From: the human T2T-CHM13v2.0 reference genome, Homo sapiens
Length of the DNA stretch: 64,000 nt
Reading direction: 5' to 3' (one strand)
Assembly (NCBI RefSeq): GCF_009914755.1
Contig: NC_060948.1
A program made the position numbers and the translations under genes. Numbering within the stretch: the stretch's first letter is position 1; each line of letters begins with the position of its first letter. This document shows positions 13,109 to 27,720 of this stretch, piece after piece. The notes beneath the pieces were generated by a model. That model saw only the letters and a list, made by a program, of their open reading frames with translations, was not told where the DNA came from and did not search any database.

Positions 13109-14892
13109 TGTATTAGTTCATGTATGTTGCTATAAAGGAATACCTGTGACTGGGTAGTTTATGAATAAAAGAGATTTATTTTAGCTCATGATTCTGAGTG
13201 CTGTACATGATGCATGGCACCAACATTTCTCCTTGTGAGGACCATAGGAAGCTTTCAATCATGGCAGAAGACAAAGGGCATGCTGACACATCAGACGGTG
13301 AGAGAGGGAGTGGGAGGGGTACCACACTTTTTAAAAGAATTATATCTTATGTGCATTCAGAGCAAGATATCACTCATATCATGAGGACAACACCAAGCCA
13401 TTCATGAGGGATCTGCCCCAGTGATACAAACACCTACTACTGTGCCTACCTCCAATATTGGAGGTCATATTTTAACATCAGATTTGGAGAGGATAAAACA
13501 CCCAAACCATATCATTCCATCCCTGGCCCCCCAAATTTTATGTTCTTCTCAGATTGCAATATAAAATTATCCCTTACCAATAATTTCCCAAAGTCTTAAC
13601 TAGTTCCAAGCATTAACTTAAATGTCCAAAATCTCACCCAAGACTCTAGGTACATTTCTTCCACATTTTTTTTTTTTTTTTTTTTTTTTTTTTGCCTGTA
13701 GAATAAAAAACATACTATTTACTTGCAAGATGCAATGGTGGTACAGGCATTGAGTAGGCATTCCCATTCCAAAATAGAGAAAATAGCCAATAGAAAGGGG
13801 CAATAGGCCCCCCAGAAGTCTGAAACCCAGCAGGGCAGACTTTAATTCTTAAAGCTCCAAAATAATCCTTGAATCCATGTCCCACATCTAGGGTACACTG
13901 ATGCAGGGGGTGGGTTCGAAAGGCCTTGGGCAGCTCTACCCATATGGCTTTGCATGATGTAGCCCCTGTTGCTACTCTCATGGGTTGAAGTTGAGTGTCT
14001 GTGGCTTTTCCAAGCTCAGGGTGCAAGCTGTCAATGGATCTACCACTTTGGGGTCTAGAAGGCTGCAGCTCTGTTTCCACAGCTCCACTAGGCAGTGCCA
14101 TAATGGGGACTCTCTGTGGGGTGTCCAACCCCATACTTCCCTTCCACACTGCCCCATCAAATGTATTCTGAAGGGCATCTGCCTGTGGAGCAGGCCTCTT
14201 TGTGGGAACCCAGGCTTTTCCATACATTTTCTGAAATCCAGGGGTAAGCTACTAATTTTCCTTACCTCTTGCATTTTGCAAGCCTGCAGACTTAACAATA
14301 CATGGAGGCAGTCAAGAATTACAACTTATACTTTCTGAAGCAGTGGCCAAAGCTGTACCTGGGACACTTTGTGCTGAGGCTGGAACTGGAGCAATCTAGA
14401 TGTTTGGAACAGTGTACCAAGACTACACAGGGCAGCAGGGTCCTTTTCCTGGCCTCATGGACCATTCTTTTCTCCTAGGCATCTGGATCTGTGATGGGAC
14501 AGGCTGCCTCAGATATTTCTTAAATGCCTTTAGGCCTTTTTTTTTCATTGATTCAGATATTAGCACTTGGATCCCCTTTAGTCATGTAAATCTCTCCAGC
14601 ATGTAGTTGCTCCTCAACCCCACTTGTATTCTTCCCCTGAAAGTATTCTTTCCTTCTCTACCACACTGCCAGGTTTTGACTTTTTAAAACTTTTATGCTC
14701 TTCTTTCCTTTCAAATATAAGTTCCCACTTTAAGTCATTCCTTTACTCCCTTATCTGATCATTGGCTGTTAGAGGCAGCCAGGTCATGTCTTGAATACTT
14801 TACTGCTTAGAAATGTATTCTTCCAGATACTTTAAGTCATTACTCTTAAGTTTAAACTTCCAGAGAACCCTAGGACATGAGCTTAATGCAGG

Positions 14893-14936
<44 letters not shown>

Positions 14937-16063
14937 TGGGCATAATATGAGTGATCTTTACTCTAGTCTCAAAAACTTTCTCATTTCTGTCACAGTTCTT
15001 GTCAGCCTGGCTTCACTGTCCATATTTCTACCAGCATTTTGGTTACAACCACTTAACAATCCTCTAAGAAGTTTCAAACTATTCCCTACATCTTCTTGTC
15101 TTCTTCTGAGTTCTCCAAATGCTTCCAACCTCTGCCAGCTACCAAGTTCCAAAGCTGATTCCATATATTGTATTATCTTTGTAGCAATGCCCCACTTCCC
15201 ATTACCATTTGTTTTTGTATGAACTCATTTGCATTGTTATAAAGAAGTACCTGAGACTGGGTAATTTATAGAGAAAAGAGATTTATTTTGGCTCATGATT
15301 CTGAAGGCTGTACAGGAATGCATGGCACCAGCATCTGCTAATGGTGAGGGCCTCAGGAAGCTTTCTATCATAGTAGAAGGCAAAGGAGGAGCTGCTGTAT
15401 AACATGGTGTGTGTGTGGGGGGGGGGGTGGGAGTAAGTGCTAAACAATTTTTTAAAAATTATTATTTTTTTAAATTGTGAGTACATAGTAGGTATATATA
15501 CTTATGGGGTACATGAGATATTTTGATAAAGGCATGCAATGTGAAATAAGCATGTCATGGAGAATGAGGTAGCCATCCCCTCAAGCATTTATCCTATGAG
15601 TAACAATTCAATTACATTCTTTAAGTTATTTTAAAATATACAATTAAGTTATTGACTATAGTCATCCTATTAGGCTATCAAATAGAATAGCAGATCTTAT
15701 TCATTCTTTCTAACTATTTTTTGTACCCATTAACAATCCCCACCTTCCCATCAAAACCCCACCACACTTCCCAGCCTCTGGTACCTATCCTTCTACTCTC
15801 TCTGTCTATGAGTTCAATTGTTTTAAGATACCACAAATAAGTGAGAACATGTTATTTTTGTCTTTCTGTGCTATAATCTTTTAACCAACTAGATATTGTG
15901 TGAACTCAGAGTGAGAACATACTCATTATTGTGAGAAAAGTACCAAGCCATTCATGAGGGATCTGCCCCCATGACCCAAAACCTTTAACTAGATTCACCT
16001 CCAATATTGGAGGTCACATGTCAACATGAGATTTGGAGAGGACAAAATATCCAAACCATATCA
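13109..16063 (-). mobile_element. Full MSTB-like MaLR provirus inserted in the L1
   Basis: LTRs 13109-13514 and 15216-16063, internal 13515-15215 (MaLR-int ORF 13715-14227). Perfect 5-bp TSD GGTTT at 13104-13108 and 16064-16068. Confidence 0.9.
15448..15871 (-). mobile_element. L1MA-type 3' fragment nested inside the MST LTR
   Basis: tatggggtacatgagatattttgata..ccacaaataagtgagaacat is an L1MA 3' end. The LTR resumes after it. Confidence 0.8.
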
Positions 16064-17149
16064 GGTTTCAACTTTCTCCTGAATGTCTTCCTTGCCATCT
16101 AGATTCTAAATTCTATGGATGTCATTTCAATTAGGTTAAGAACTATTTCTAGGGAGTTAGTACCATCATTTGGAGGTAAGAGGACCCTGACTTTTTAAAT
16201 TGGCATTGTTCTCAGGCTGATTCTTTCTCATCTGAAAGTGCTGGCATTCCTTTATCATTTTGAATTGCTGTCTTTTGGATGGGGCTTTTTGTTTTTATCT
16301 ACTTTATTTCCCTGAGTTTGACTTTGGCGTAAGTTGAGAATGGTCTATTGGCTTCACTTCTGGGTGCTTTCAGAGGGCCAAGACTCTGCATAGGATCTTT
16401 ATTTGTGGCTAAATTCCTGCGTTGGGTTTCACAGGCAAGGTATACTGGAAGAAATCTTTTTTGTTGTTGTTATTGATGTAGTGCAGGCTGCAATCTAGTA
16501 GATCTGCAATCCAGTAGATGACACCTAAGAGTAATGTCCAGCAGATAGGCTCTTAATGACATGCCTCTTTTGTATTTTAGCGCATTCACAGCTGTTCTAT
16601 GTGGGGAGAGATATGGGGGATGGGAGGAGAGATGACTCCCCTGCCAGGTCCATTCCCAGGCCTTAGGGGACCCCTCTCCAATCACTGTCACCCTGCCTGT
16701 AATTCCTTAGCCCCAAAGGGGGCCCTGCCAGGCTGCACTTTCCTCTCCTTTAGGGTCGGCTCAAGGTGAAGGTTAGTTCACCAGGAGATCTACAGAATGC
16801 TGGAGGCCCACTGATCCTCTGTGCTTGGCAGAATCAGAGTGGGTTGTGGGGTATGCCTGTGTGTGGTCTGTTCATGCAGTAGATCAAGAGCAGGGGATCT
16901 TCAGGCAGGGCAGTGTTGCTGTGGGTGTGCCACCGGTATGGCACAAGCATCCCAAGGATTTTTGCCCATAAGACAGCTATAGGGACCGCCTAGATCATTC
17001 TCCTTTGACTGGGTCTCCTTCCAGTGGCTTCCCCAGTAACTGGCCCAATCATCTACTTTTGCCCTAAGCCTTCTGCACCAAGCTCTCTGGGGTATTAGGT
17101 GTTCCAGTCTGTGGGGCTCCCTTGGGCAGAGGCTGTAGCTGAAAGACAA

Positions 17150-20100
17150 GTAATGAGGTGTGAACTACTCAACCCTGTGCCCAAGCATAACCTAGTGAAT
17201 ATCATCCTAACCATCCTGTGGGTAACCATAGTTATAGATTAGTGCCACATAGCCAAGATGTTTTATTTGGAGCTAATCAATAAATAATCAGTTATTTGCC
17301 AATCTGTACTTTGTAATCAGTACTTGTAATACAGTGGCATGCCAATCAGTATTTTGTAACACAATGATGTGGATAAATCATTATTTGGGTATCCATCCTA
17401 TATCTGCTAACCAATAAATAATCAGTTATTATGTCTAATTAGTGGCATGCCAATCAGTACTTTGTAATAAAATGATGCAGATATACCATTCTTTGGGTAT
17501 GCATCCTATATCTCTATGTTCAGTTGGGCTATTTATCTTTGGTGTGATTTTTCTGTTCCCCAAATTAAGGTACATTTTGACAAGGCTAGCCAAAACAGGA
17601 GGTGAGCCAAATAAACCCATATGAAATGTGTATTATACCATCCTGAAATTGAGTTTTTGATTGGGGTATCATTATTTTCTTCTCTTTTAGCTGGGGCAGT
17701 GCCACAGCAAAAGATAGTGAGCCAGTTTTCTTCTACCAAGAAGCTCTTCTTATGTCCCTTATTTAGTAAAGTATAACTCATAGGGCAATAATATACAGTA
17801 TCCTTAGTCATACTAGAGTTAAGGTTGCCAGACTATTTTTGTGATGAACGAATAAAATTTTTATACTGTATTCAGTCTTGTCCTTGGAGGAGTGATACCC
17901 ACCATGGTAGGCCAGAACCACTGGACTGGAGCATGAGGCCACATATACAGCAAGAATTTTTGTGTAATCTGTCAGCATAGTTTGGGAATCATTGCAAAAA
18001 GAGGTTTTCTTCATGGGCAACAGCTTGTGGTAGTAGTACCAGGACATAAGGACTAAGGATAAAAATAATTTTAGTGAGCGCTTATAAAAGAAAATCTTCT
18101 GTATCTCTTAACAATTTTTAGTATTAAACATTTATTTAGCTACAAGCCTGGTCCACAGTTTTGAGTTTTAGCTGTCTGTATCACATGCCATCTTTTTCTC
18201 AGCCTGGTGTCAAGTTAATTCAAAGTTGGAGGTCACCTTCTGGAGAAACAGTGAAATCAGAAGTCTCAACCTTCTTTAGATAATACATATGAATCCATGA
18301 ATTTATGCCTTCTAACGTAGCAGTGCAAGGGTTGTTAAGGAGTACCTGATAATGTCCATACCACTTTGGTAAAAGAGAGGTGTTTTTTTTTTTAAATAAA
18401 TATTGTTTCCAATAGACAAAATCTCCTAGTTGAAGTCCATGGTCCTTGGAAGTTTTGTTTTCTGGGAGTTCACAGTGAAAACGTTATTTTACTAATTTAT
18501 AATTTGTATATAATTGTGTCATAAGGCCATTACAACAGCTAAACATGTCTCCGTTTGCTATTAAAGGCATAGTTTCCTGGAGACAATTTCACAGATCTGC
18601 CTTTTATCATTTTGAATGGGGATAACTGGTGCTTGCCAAAAATGTTCAACCCCAGACTAAGAAGAATCCATGGAAGAGCTTTTGGCCAAGGAATTTAAAA
18701 GCCTCATTTGATTTTTTGAACTGAGTTTTGATTATTCAGTTCATCAGTTCCACTAACCCAGATGACAGGGGATGGTAAACACAATGGAAATGTTGGAGAA
18801 TGGGCCAAATTTTACACACCAATTGAATTATTTGTCTAGTGAAGTGAGTGCCACTGTTGCTATGAGTTTCCAGAACTCCCAAGGTTGGAATATTTTTTTG
18901 TAAGTGAATTTTACTCACCAACAAGCCTTTTGCTATTTTGTGTGAAAATGCCTCTACCCATTCTGAAAATGTGCAAATCATTACCAGAGCATATTTGCAT
19001 GTTTTTCGAAGATGGTAACTGGGTGAAATCTAATTGCTGTGCCTGAAAAGGGGCCTTGGGTGAAGGAAAATGTCCTTGAGAGCTATGTAGTAATTTCCTT
19101 AGATTATATTTTTAACAAACGTAATAGCAATTTCATACCTTATGAGCTATAAGAAGTTTCCAAAAATATTGTTTTTCCCAAGCAATTGTTTTGTCAGGGC
19201 TCCAGTGAGTTAGGTCTTGTATATAGGTTAAAAATGGTAACCGCAATTCAGCAGCAAGTATAGGCAAATTGTTTGGCCCATACTATACCTTTTCTTTGCG
19301 GGAAGATATTTCCTTTTTGTTTTCCAACTTTTCTGTTCTAATATTGGAGCTCTGGATTGAGCTAATTTTATGTTAAATTCAGAGTTTTTTTAAAGTTAAT
19401 ATAGATCTCTTTTTATTTTCTGTTGGTTCGTTCGTTTGTTTGTTTGTTTAGATGCATTTAGAACAGCTTTGTGCTACTTTATCAGCTAGCTAATTTCCTT
19501 TGCTTTCTGGTGTATCTGATTTCAAATGGCCTGAGATTTTAATTATGGCCAGCGATTTTGGGAATAATATGTCTTCCAACAATTGTAAAATTGTCTGCTC
19601 ATTTTCTATGAATTGACGAGAAGAGGCTAAAAATTCTCTCTGTTCCCATTGTATTCCATAATTATGAGCTACTTTGAAAGCATATCTACTGTTTGTATAG
19701 ATATTAGCAGTTACTCTTTTTGACAATCAACAAGCCCTAATCAATAAAATTAATTCTGCTTTTGGAGCTGAGGTGGCTTCTGGAAGTTAAACACGTTCTG
19801 TTTTTTCAGTTAAAGATAATATTGAGTAGCTTGCACGGTAAGTCCCAGATACGTCCTTTAAGATCCATCTTTAAACCAAACTACATCAGCATAATTAAGG
19901 AGACTCTCTTCTCGTAGGACAGAGAAGTTGAAAAGTTAAGGTTATTCAATTGTGCAGTGTTTCATCTGAAAGTAAAGGCAGAAGAACTGCAGGACTTAGA
20001 TTTTTATGCCTAGAGATGGTGATATGAGAAGCTGAAAAAAGTAAAACTTCATATAAAGCTAATCTGCTAACTGAATAACGTTGAGTGTGGTGAAGGTTAG

Positions 20101-23100
20101 CAATGATTTCACAAAATGAGGGATGAAAATACTATGGGATATCCCCTTTACAATTTCTTCAGTTGCCTTAACCAACAAAGCAGTGACTATTATGGCAGTG
20201 CCACAAGGTGGTAGCTCTATAGCCACCGGGTATAACTGATGGCTATAATACCCTAACAGGTTCATTTTGGTCTCAATGTATTTGAGTTAGGACCCTCAAA
20301 AGTGTTAGCACTACTTTCACGTATATATAATGAAAATGAAAAATTATAATTTGGATGCCCCAAAGCTGAGGTATTAGCAAGGTAATATTTTATCATTTCT
20401 AATGTTAGTTGATCTTTTGTCCAATCTAGAGGGTCTAGTATGTCTCGTTTTAAGACAGCATATAAGGGCTGGCATTTTAAGACATAGCTTGGGATTCATT
20501 TTTTAAAATATCCTGTCATTCCCCCAAACCCTCTCAACACTTTCTTGGTTCTTGGTGGTAGAAAAGCTAAGATCTCTTTTAGTCTGTCTGGATTAATAAA
20601 AATTCCTTCCTTGGATATTAGATAACCTAAGTAGTTTACTTGTTTTTTTGACAAAATTGAAGTTTACCTTTAGAAGCCTTGTGTCTCTTTAAGGCTAATT
20701 GTTGTAACAAGTGAATCTCATTTTCAATAGAGACTTGCTTATCCTCTTAGCAGAGGAGTAAATTATCTATCTATTGTATTAACATACATTTTTAAAGTCA
20801 ATATCTGAGAGAGATCTTTTACTATCTGTAAAAAGTTTGGCTCTTAGTATAGTACTGAGGCTTGACTGTCCACATGTATTGTCTGTTTTCCAAAGTGAAA
20901 ACAAAGAGAAATGAACTATTTTTATTCATAGAAATACTAAGGAATATATAACATAAGTCTATTATAGTAAAGAACTCACCTTCAGTTGGAATGGCAGCTG
21001 ACAATGTATATGAATTTGGCATTTCTAGATGTTGGGGAATAACAATGTTTTTAATTGCTCTCAGATTCTGTACAATCATCCATCCTCTACCATCTGGTAT
21101 CCTTAGAGAAAAGAGAATGCTTATACACTGTTGCTGGGAATGTGTATTAGTTCTGTCACTGAAGAAAGCAGTTTTGAGATTTCTCAAAGAAGGATTGGAG
21201 TGTTACATGGTCTTTACAGAGAATAGTCTGTCTTCTTTTTGTATAATTTGAAGGCTATTCCTATCAAACTACCAATGTCATTTCTTCACAGAATTGAAAA
21301 AAAAACTTCTCTAAATTTCATGTGGAATCAAAAAAAAAAAAAAAAAGAACCTGGATAGCTAAAGCAATCCTAAGCAAAAAGGACAAAGCTGGAGGCCTCA
21401 CATTACTTAACTTCAAACTGTGCTATAAGTCTACAGTAACCAAAAGAGCATGGTACTGGTACAAAAACAGACACATAGGCCAGTGGATCATAATAAACAA
21501 CCCAGAAATAAAGCTGTATGCCTACAGCCATTTGATCTTTGACAAAGTTGACAAAATAAGCAATGGATAAAGGACTCCAAATTCAATAGATGGTGCTAAG
21601 ATAGCTGGCTAGCCATATGCAGAAGATCAAAACTGGACCTCTTCCTTACACATTATACAAAAATCAACTCAAGGTGGATTAAATACTTAAATATAAAACC
21701 TAAAACTATAAAAACCCTGGAATACAACCTAGTCAATACCATTCTACACATAGGAGTGGGCAAAGATTTCATGACAAAGAGGCCAAAAGCAATTGCAACA
21801 AATGGAAAAAAAAAATTAACCAATGGGATCTAATTAAACTAAAGAACTTCTGCACAGCAAAAGACCATACCAACAGAGTAAACAAACTATTGCATTTAAC
21901 AAAGGTCTAATATTCAGAATCTATAAGGAATTTAAACAATTTAAAAAGCAAATAACAAATAATTCCATTTAAAATGGGCAAAGCATTAATAAGAATGAAA
22001 CTGTGTCCTTGCAGCAGCATGGATGCCTGAGTGCAGCTGGAGGCTATTATTCTAAGTGAATTAATGTAGAAACAGAAAACCAAATACTACATGTTCTCAC
22101 TTATAAGAGGGAGCTAAACACTGAGTACACATGGGCACTAAGAAGAGAACAATAGACTCCACAGCTTTCTTGGAGGTGGAGGGTGGGAGGAGGGTGAAGA
22201 CTAAAAAATTACCTACTGGGTACTATGCTCACTACCTGGGTGTCAAAATCATTTTTACATCAAACCCCAGCAACACACAATTTACCCATGTCACAAACCT
22301 GCCCACGTACCCCCTAAACCTAAAAGTTTGAAGGAAAAAAATGGCAAAAAAACATGAACAGACATTTCTCAAAAGACATGTGAGTGTCTGATAAACATAT
22401 GAAAAATGCTCTTTATCACTAATCATCAGAAAAATGCAAGTCAAAACCACAATGCAATATCATCTCACACCAGTCAGAATTGCTATTAGTAAAAAGTAAA
22501 AAAAAAAAAAAATAGCAGGTGCTGGAGAAGCTATGGAGAAAAGAGAATGCTTATACACTGTTGGTGGTAATGTAAATTAGTTTGGCCTCTGTAGAAAGCA
22601 GTGTGGAGATTTTTCAAAGAACTTAAAAAAACAAAACTACCATTCAACCCACAACTGCATTCCTGGGTATATACCTAAAGGAAAATAAATCATTCTGTAA
22701 AAAAGACACATTCACTCATATGCTTATTGCAGCACTATTTACAATAGCAAATACATGGAATCAACTTATGTTTCCATCAGTGGTAGATTCGCTGAAGAAA
22801 ATGTGGTACATATACCATGGAATATGCCATAGAATACTATGCAACCATAAGACAGAATGAAATAATATCCTTTGCAGCAACATGGATGCAGCTGGAAGTG
22901 AATTAATGCAGGAACAAAAACCAAATATATCAAGTTCTCACTAATAAATGGGAGCTCAACATTGGGTACTCATGGACATAAAGATGGAAACAATAGACAC
23001 TGGAGACCACTAGAGCGGGAAGGGAGAAAAAGAGAGGGGCATAGGTTCAAAAACTAACTATTGGATACTATTCTTACTATCTGGTGACAGGATCATTATT

Positions 23101-24520
23101 ACCCCAAACCTCAGCCTCATGCAATATATTCACGTAACAAACCTGTACATGTATCCCCTGAATCTAAAAGAAAAGTTGGAATTAAAATAATAATAATAAT
23201 AAAAAAATAAGGAAATTATAGGCTTGATCCCTTTTAGTGTTTAAGTTCTCAAATGATGTTGTTTAACATTTGAATGAGTTTTTGATGGATCTATTTGAAC
23301 ACTGATTGGGGTGGCAAAGATGATTCTTCCGATATCATTGGAAGACTTTGATCATAACTGATCAGGCACTACCTTTAGAAGGTTTTATAATCTTTCATTG
23401 CTCAATAATTGAGTGTCTTCTATGGCAACATGGAATGCAATTGAATTTTATTTTGAACTCTTCTTTATGTCTAGTAACACAGTTTTATATCTTTTTCTAA
23501 ATTCAATTTTCCCTTTTTGGGAGAAAAGCATGTGGGTATTATATAATTCCTAGAAGTCTCTTTCTGTAAGATGGAGGGGGGCTAATATAACCAGAAGGCA
23601 AATGTGAGTCCTTTGACACCTAGTTGAAAAGTTAGTGGCTGAGACTTGTATGCTGATACAGGAGTATTTGTGACACATACCGTTTAAATTTTTTGTTTAC
23701 TCTGAGCAATGGAATCTTGTCATAAGGTGGAATTTCTTACATATAGTGTGGATCCACATCAGCAAGAGCTTGTGCTCACAACAAGAGCTTGCGTTAGTTA
23801 TCTATTTAAAATAATTTTTATTTTTCTCAAAGTGGAAACAGAGACATAAACTTAAGTATATAATTTAAATTTCTTGGCAAAACCAACAGGGTCCTGGTGA
23901 GAATCAGGTAGTTTATTAATTATTTCTTTAAGTTCTACCGTTGACTATGATTGATCTTCTAGGTCAGGTTCTACCCTACCTGATACACGCTGTTGAAGAA
24001 ATGGAGCTAAAACATTAGGAGCAGGAGGAGGCATAGGAAGTAGATCTGGGCAGGTAGTTCAGATATTATCAGATTAAGAAAAGGAGAGGCTGAGAGTGGA
24101 TAAGGAGAAATTTTCAAAGCCTTTTTAAACTCACGAATTGTTCTAGACAAGTTTTTGTTCCTCCTTTTGTAAAGAAATAACTTTATTAGAATGCTTTTTG
24201 GAAACTTCCAAATATCACTGAAAACAACTCTCCCAATTATTCTGTTTAATATGGAGCCAGCCTTTTTTGGATTGAGAATGCAAGTAAATTAGTTTAGGCA
24301 TTTCAAAGGTATCCCAGTTTGGCCACCACAGTTTTGTTTTTTCCACAAGTTATGTGATACCATTTTTTAAAATAGCAACAGGAGGTGGCCCCATAAATGT
24401 TTCACATGATTCCAGCTGTAGTTTCTATATTTGAATCTCTCCTTAAGAGGAAAGACTTGGTTTTGGATAGACTGTTGATTATAATTTGGGTTCTCTTCTT
24501 AAGTGATTCAAGACTGTAAG
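17150..24520 (-). mobile_element. ERV1-class provirus internal region (gag-pro-pol-env), defective, interrupted by L1
   Basis: gag MA motif WWPNWDTFEM (~24300). RT motifs PCNTPIL, DGRGWMIVQNLRAI and Q*IDNLLLC (~20754-20776). RNase H ANIYTNSRYAF (19490-19726). Integrase FSEWVEAF..GTHFT..YHPLSSGLVE (18736-18981). env-like sequence to ~17150. Confidence 0.88.
21254..23207 (+). mobile_element. 5'-truncated L1 (ORF2 3' part plus 3'UTR) inserted into the ERV pol, with a second L1 3' end nested at ~21985-22335
   Basis: ORF2 peptide [27 protein letters not shown], and two L1 3' tails. The nested copy is flanked by aaaatgggcaaa / aaaatggcaaa. Confidence 0.88.
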
Positions 24521-24992
24521 GGAAATTTTGGCCACACAAAAATGAAGTTTAGACAGTCAATGGGGAAAGGATAATCTCTTCAGTAATTGGTGCATGTGTT
24601 CCCTTTGTGCCCTCGTCAAAAAGTAGTTGAATACATGTGGGCTCTCTCTTCTGTTCCACTGGTCTATGTGGCTGATTTCATCACAGTATGATGCTTTTTC
24701 TAAGGTTTGGTCATAACCAGCACCAAAAAACAGCAAGCTGCGCCATTCCCCCAGCTATTCTACTTCTTCACGCTGCTTAGCTGGGGTTTTGGGGACTTGA
24801 ATTCCCTTGACAGTTTCTCTACAACTGTCTTTCTCCCATTTCTGTGCTGGCTCCATACTAAATGAACAGTGTATCCTTACCACAGCTAGATGTGCCTATT
24901 TTATGTAAATCTAAGTAATTCATTTCAAGATTAAGATATCATTATAAAGCAATTACAACTGGAGATTGTTAATGAATATCTTTCCCTTTATT

Positions 24993-25240
24993 TGTGTGTG
25001 TCTGTGTGTGTGAGAGAGACAGAGAGAAACAGAGATAGAAACAAGGTCTTACTCTGTTGCCCAGGCTGGAGTGCAGTGGCGTGATTCACAGTAGCCTCAA
25101 ACTCCCAATATTAAGAGATTATCCCACCTCTGCCTCCTGAGTACATGGGACCACAGGCACACACCACTGCATCTGGCTATTTTTATTTTGGCATAAATAA
25201 GCTCTTATCATATTGTGCACCTGGTCTCAAATGATCCTCG
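24993..25240 (-). mobile_element. AluJ-like element with (TG)n/(GA)n tail
   Basis: ggtcttactctgttgcccaggctggagtgcagtggc; degenerate. Confidence 0.8.
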
Positions 25241-27720
25241 AAAATAGTTTCTAAAGAAGTATTTCTACTTTAGTGCTTACCTGGACTTCATCTGGATTCA
25301 TGTGACCTCCAGGGCTTCATTCAAATTGAAATGTGGAAATAATAAGATTTTTCTTGATTTTTTTTCCCCAGAAAAAGCTCAGGAGCCCTGGCCCTAGTCC
25401 AAGTGGGGCTTAGTCATCTTCTGGAATCTGCCCAAGCTGACTGTGAGCATTGACCATGCCATACCCTACCTAGCTCCCAAGGGACCTCTAGGACCTGGGT
25501 TGATCTTCCTGAAGCAGCCACTACATTTTCAACCCCTGGTGTTTCCTCTATGCTTGGAGGAAAGTCTGGAACAGGAGAAATTTACACAACTATATGACTA
25601 TTGGCTATCTAGCTGGTCCCTTATGAGGGCTGAGTAATGAAGAAGACCCTGGGATGGAAGAGAAGCATGTTTGGAAAGAGAATAGTATCCTCTCTTGAAT
25701 AATAAAAAAAAAAAACTGTATTTCTCTTCACCATACTTCCCCCTCTAATCTAGGCTAAATTTGAAAACAAACAAACACAAACACCTCTTCTGTGTTTTCT
25801 ATCAGGAAGTTCTGGAATTCTGCAAAAAGGGCACCTGAGCAACCAACAAGTCAGCCCTTGTGCCCAATTGTGCCCCAAGCTGAATGAATTCACTTTTTGT
25901 GTAGAGGCCAAGACAGCTGTTGGGGAGGCTGGCTGTAAGGGGACAAATTCATGGGGTATGAATGCCAGGAAGAAAGAGGAATATCTTGCACACTAAAAGT
26001 TACTTCTGGCCCTCCTTCAAAATATTGATTCATATCTTGTATCTTTGTTTCTTGCAGCGTGACTTGGGAGCACCTTTCGTATGCCATCTACAGCAAAAGG
26101 ACACTTGGGTGCAAGTGGGAATCTTGAGTCACTTTGAGGAGCATTGCACAAAGCCGTGTGTCTTCAGCCAAGTGCACCCTTTTCTTTCTGGCTCCTGGGA
26201 GTGCCATGGCCTAGCCATGCACCCTGGCACCACCAGGGGCCCATGACTACCTCTGCTTCCATGTCCCTTTCAGTCTCTGCTTCTAAAGATGCCTTGACTT
26301 TTATCTCCACTCCCACTTCCATTTGGCCACACTTCATCTCTCTGCCACAGCCTCAGAGTAAGGCTCAAAACCTTGGTAGGCAAAGCCAAAGAAGAAGGTA
26401 ATTGAAATAGAAAAGAGTAGATGGAAGGAGAGAGGAGAGAAAGCTCTTCCTGAAAAATGCACAATATTTTATCTCCCAAATCATGGAAGTTATTTCCTTA
26501 TGGCTTACAAAGGCATTTCATACTTGATATATTATTCAATTTCCATAGTATCCCTATAGATTATGATAGAGATCATTTAACATGATTATTATAGTTATCT
26601 TAAATGTGTATTCTGATACTAGATAAGTAGAATGGATTGATCGATTTCTCATGGCAAAAGATGAATAGGGCTAATATTAAGACACACTCTCCTAACACAA
26701 AGACATTTCTTTACTACCACACAGTAGCTTGCATTTGTAATAGAGTTATTTTAAATTAAGTATATTTTAAGTTAAAGATATTTTGATGTTTGGAAACAGT
26801 GTAATAGTTGGTAAGTAATGAGTTTTAGGTGCTGGTGTACTAGATTGGGTTACGTTGCTATTATCAGTTTCCCCCTTCCTTTGGCTATCAGAAAACCTAT
26901 CACAATATTAGCAATGGCTATTTCACATTACTGTACTTCTACTTGTTTCCTTAGAAATTGAGGGATCTCTTTTGGTCTCATGAGTTAAATGTGCACTTAG
27001 CCACAGCTATTTTATAGCTACCACCTATCGCCATAGTTACAGTGAATAATACACTTAAAACATAAAAGAGGCCATAATTATTTGCTCACATCCTCCAAAG
27101 TCTAACTCAAAGACAACTACACTTAAGATCTTAGTTATGCTTCTAATTTCATCTATACTTCCTTACCCCTTCTACAGACAGGTTATCTTCAACATTTTTA
27201 TCTCTCTCTATATATATATAAACGAGCATTGCTTCAACTCAGTTTTCTGAGGAACGCTAAAATAATTTTAAAAATATGAGCTCTTTCCTGAACCTCAATC
27301 TTGAATTTTCTATTTAAACTATTGGTTTGATATCTCACTAAAATTGTAAGTTTAGGAAGAAAAGCCCCCTCCATTTTAGAGACAGGTGCTTTATCTCCAA
27401 ATTTTTCATTATTTATTAATACATTCAAATCATTACATTTTCTGTTGCCTATCTACTTCAGTGATTTCTGGGTAGCTACAATCATGGATATATAAATGTT
27501 GCAATGGGGGAGAAAGCTGGGATGACTCCCAATATTTTGATTAAAGAAATTTAAGCTATGACATAAAGAAACTATGAACTCAGAAAGATAGTAAGAGGAA
27601 CACTTCTTTTCAAGAAAAATGCATGAACACAAAAGACGTAGAAGTTTGTCTTTGCTGGTCATATTTAACAATGCTAATTTGGTTAGCACAAATAGGAGGG
27701 ATTTAAAACTTAAAAAAATG

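Noticed and set aside
13715-14338. 170-aa and overlapping ORFs
   Set aside because: They lie within the MST internal region and are transposon-derived.
14895-14933. Long poly-T tracts (also ~11710-11739 and ~13665-13693)
   Set aside because: Simple homopolymer expansions inside repeats. No associated processed pseudogene is visible.
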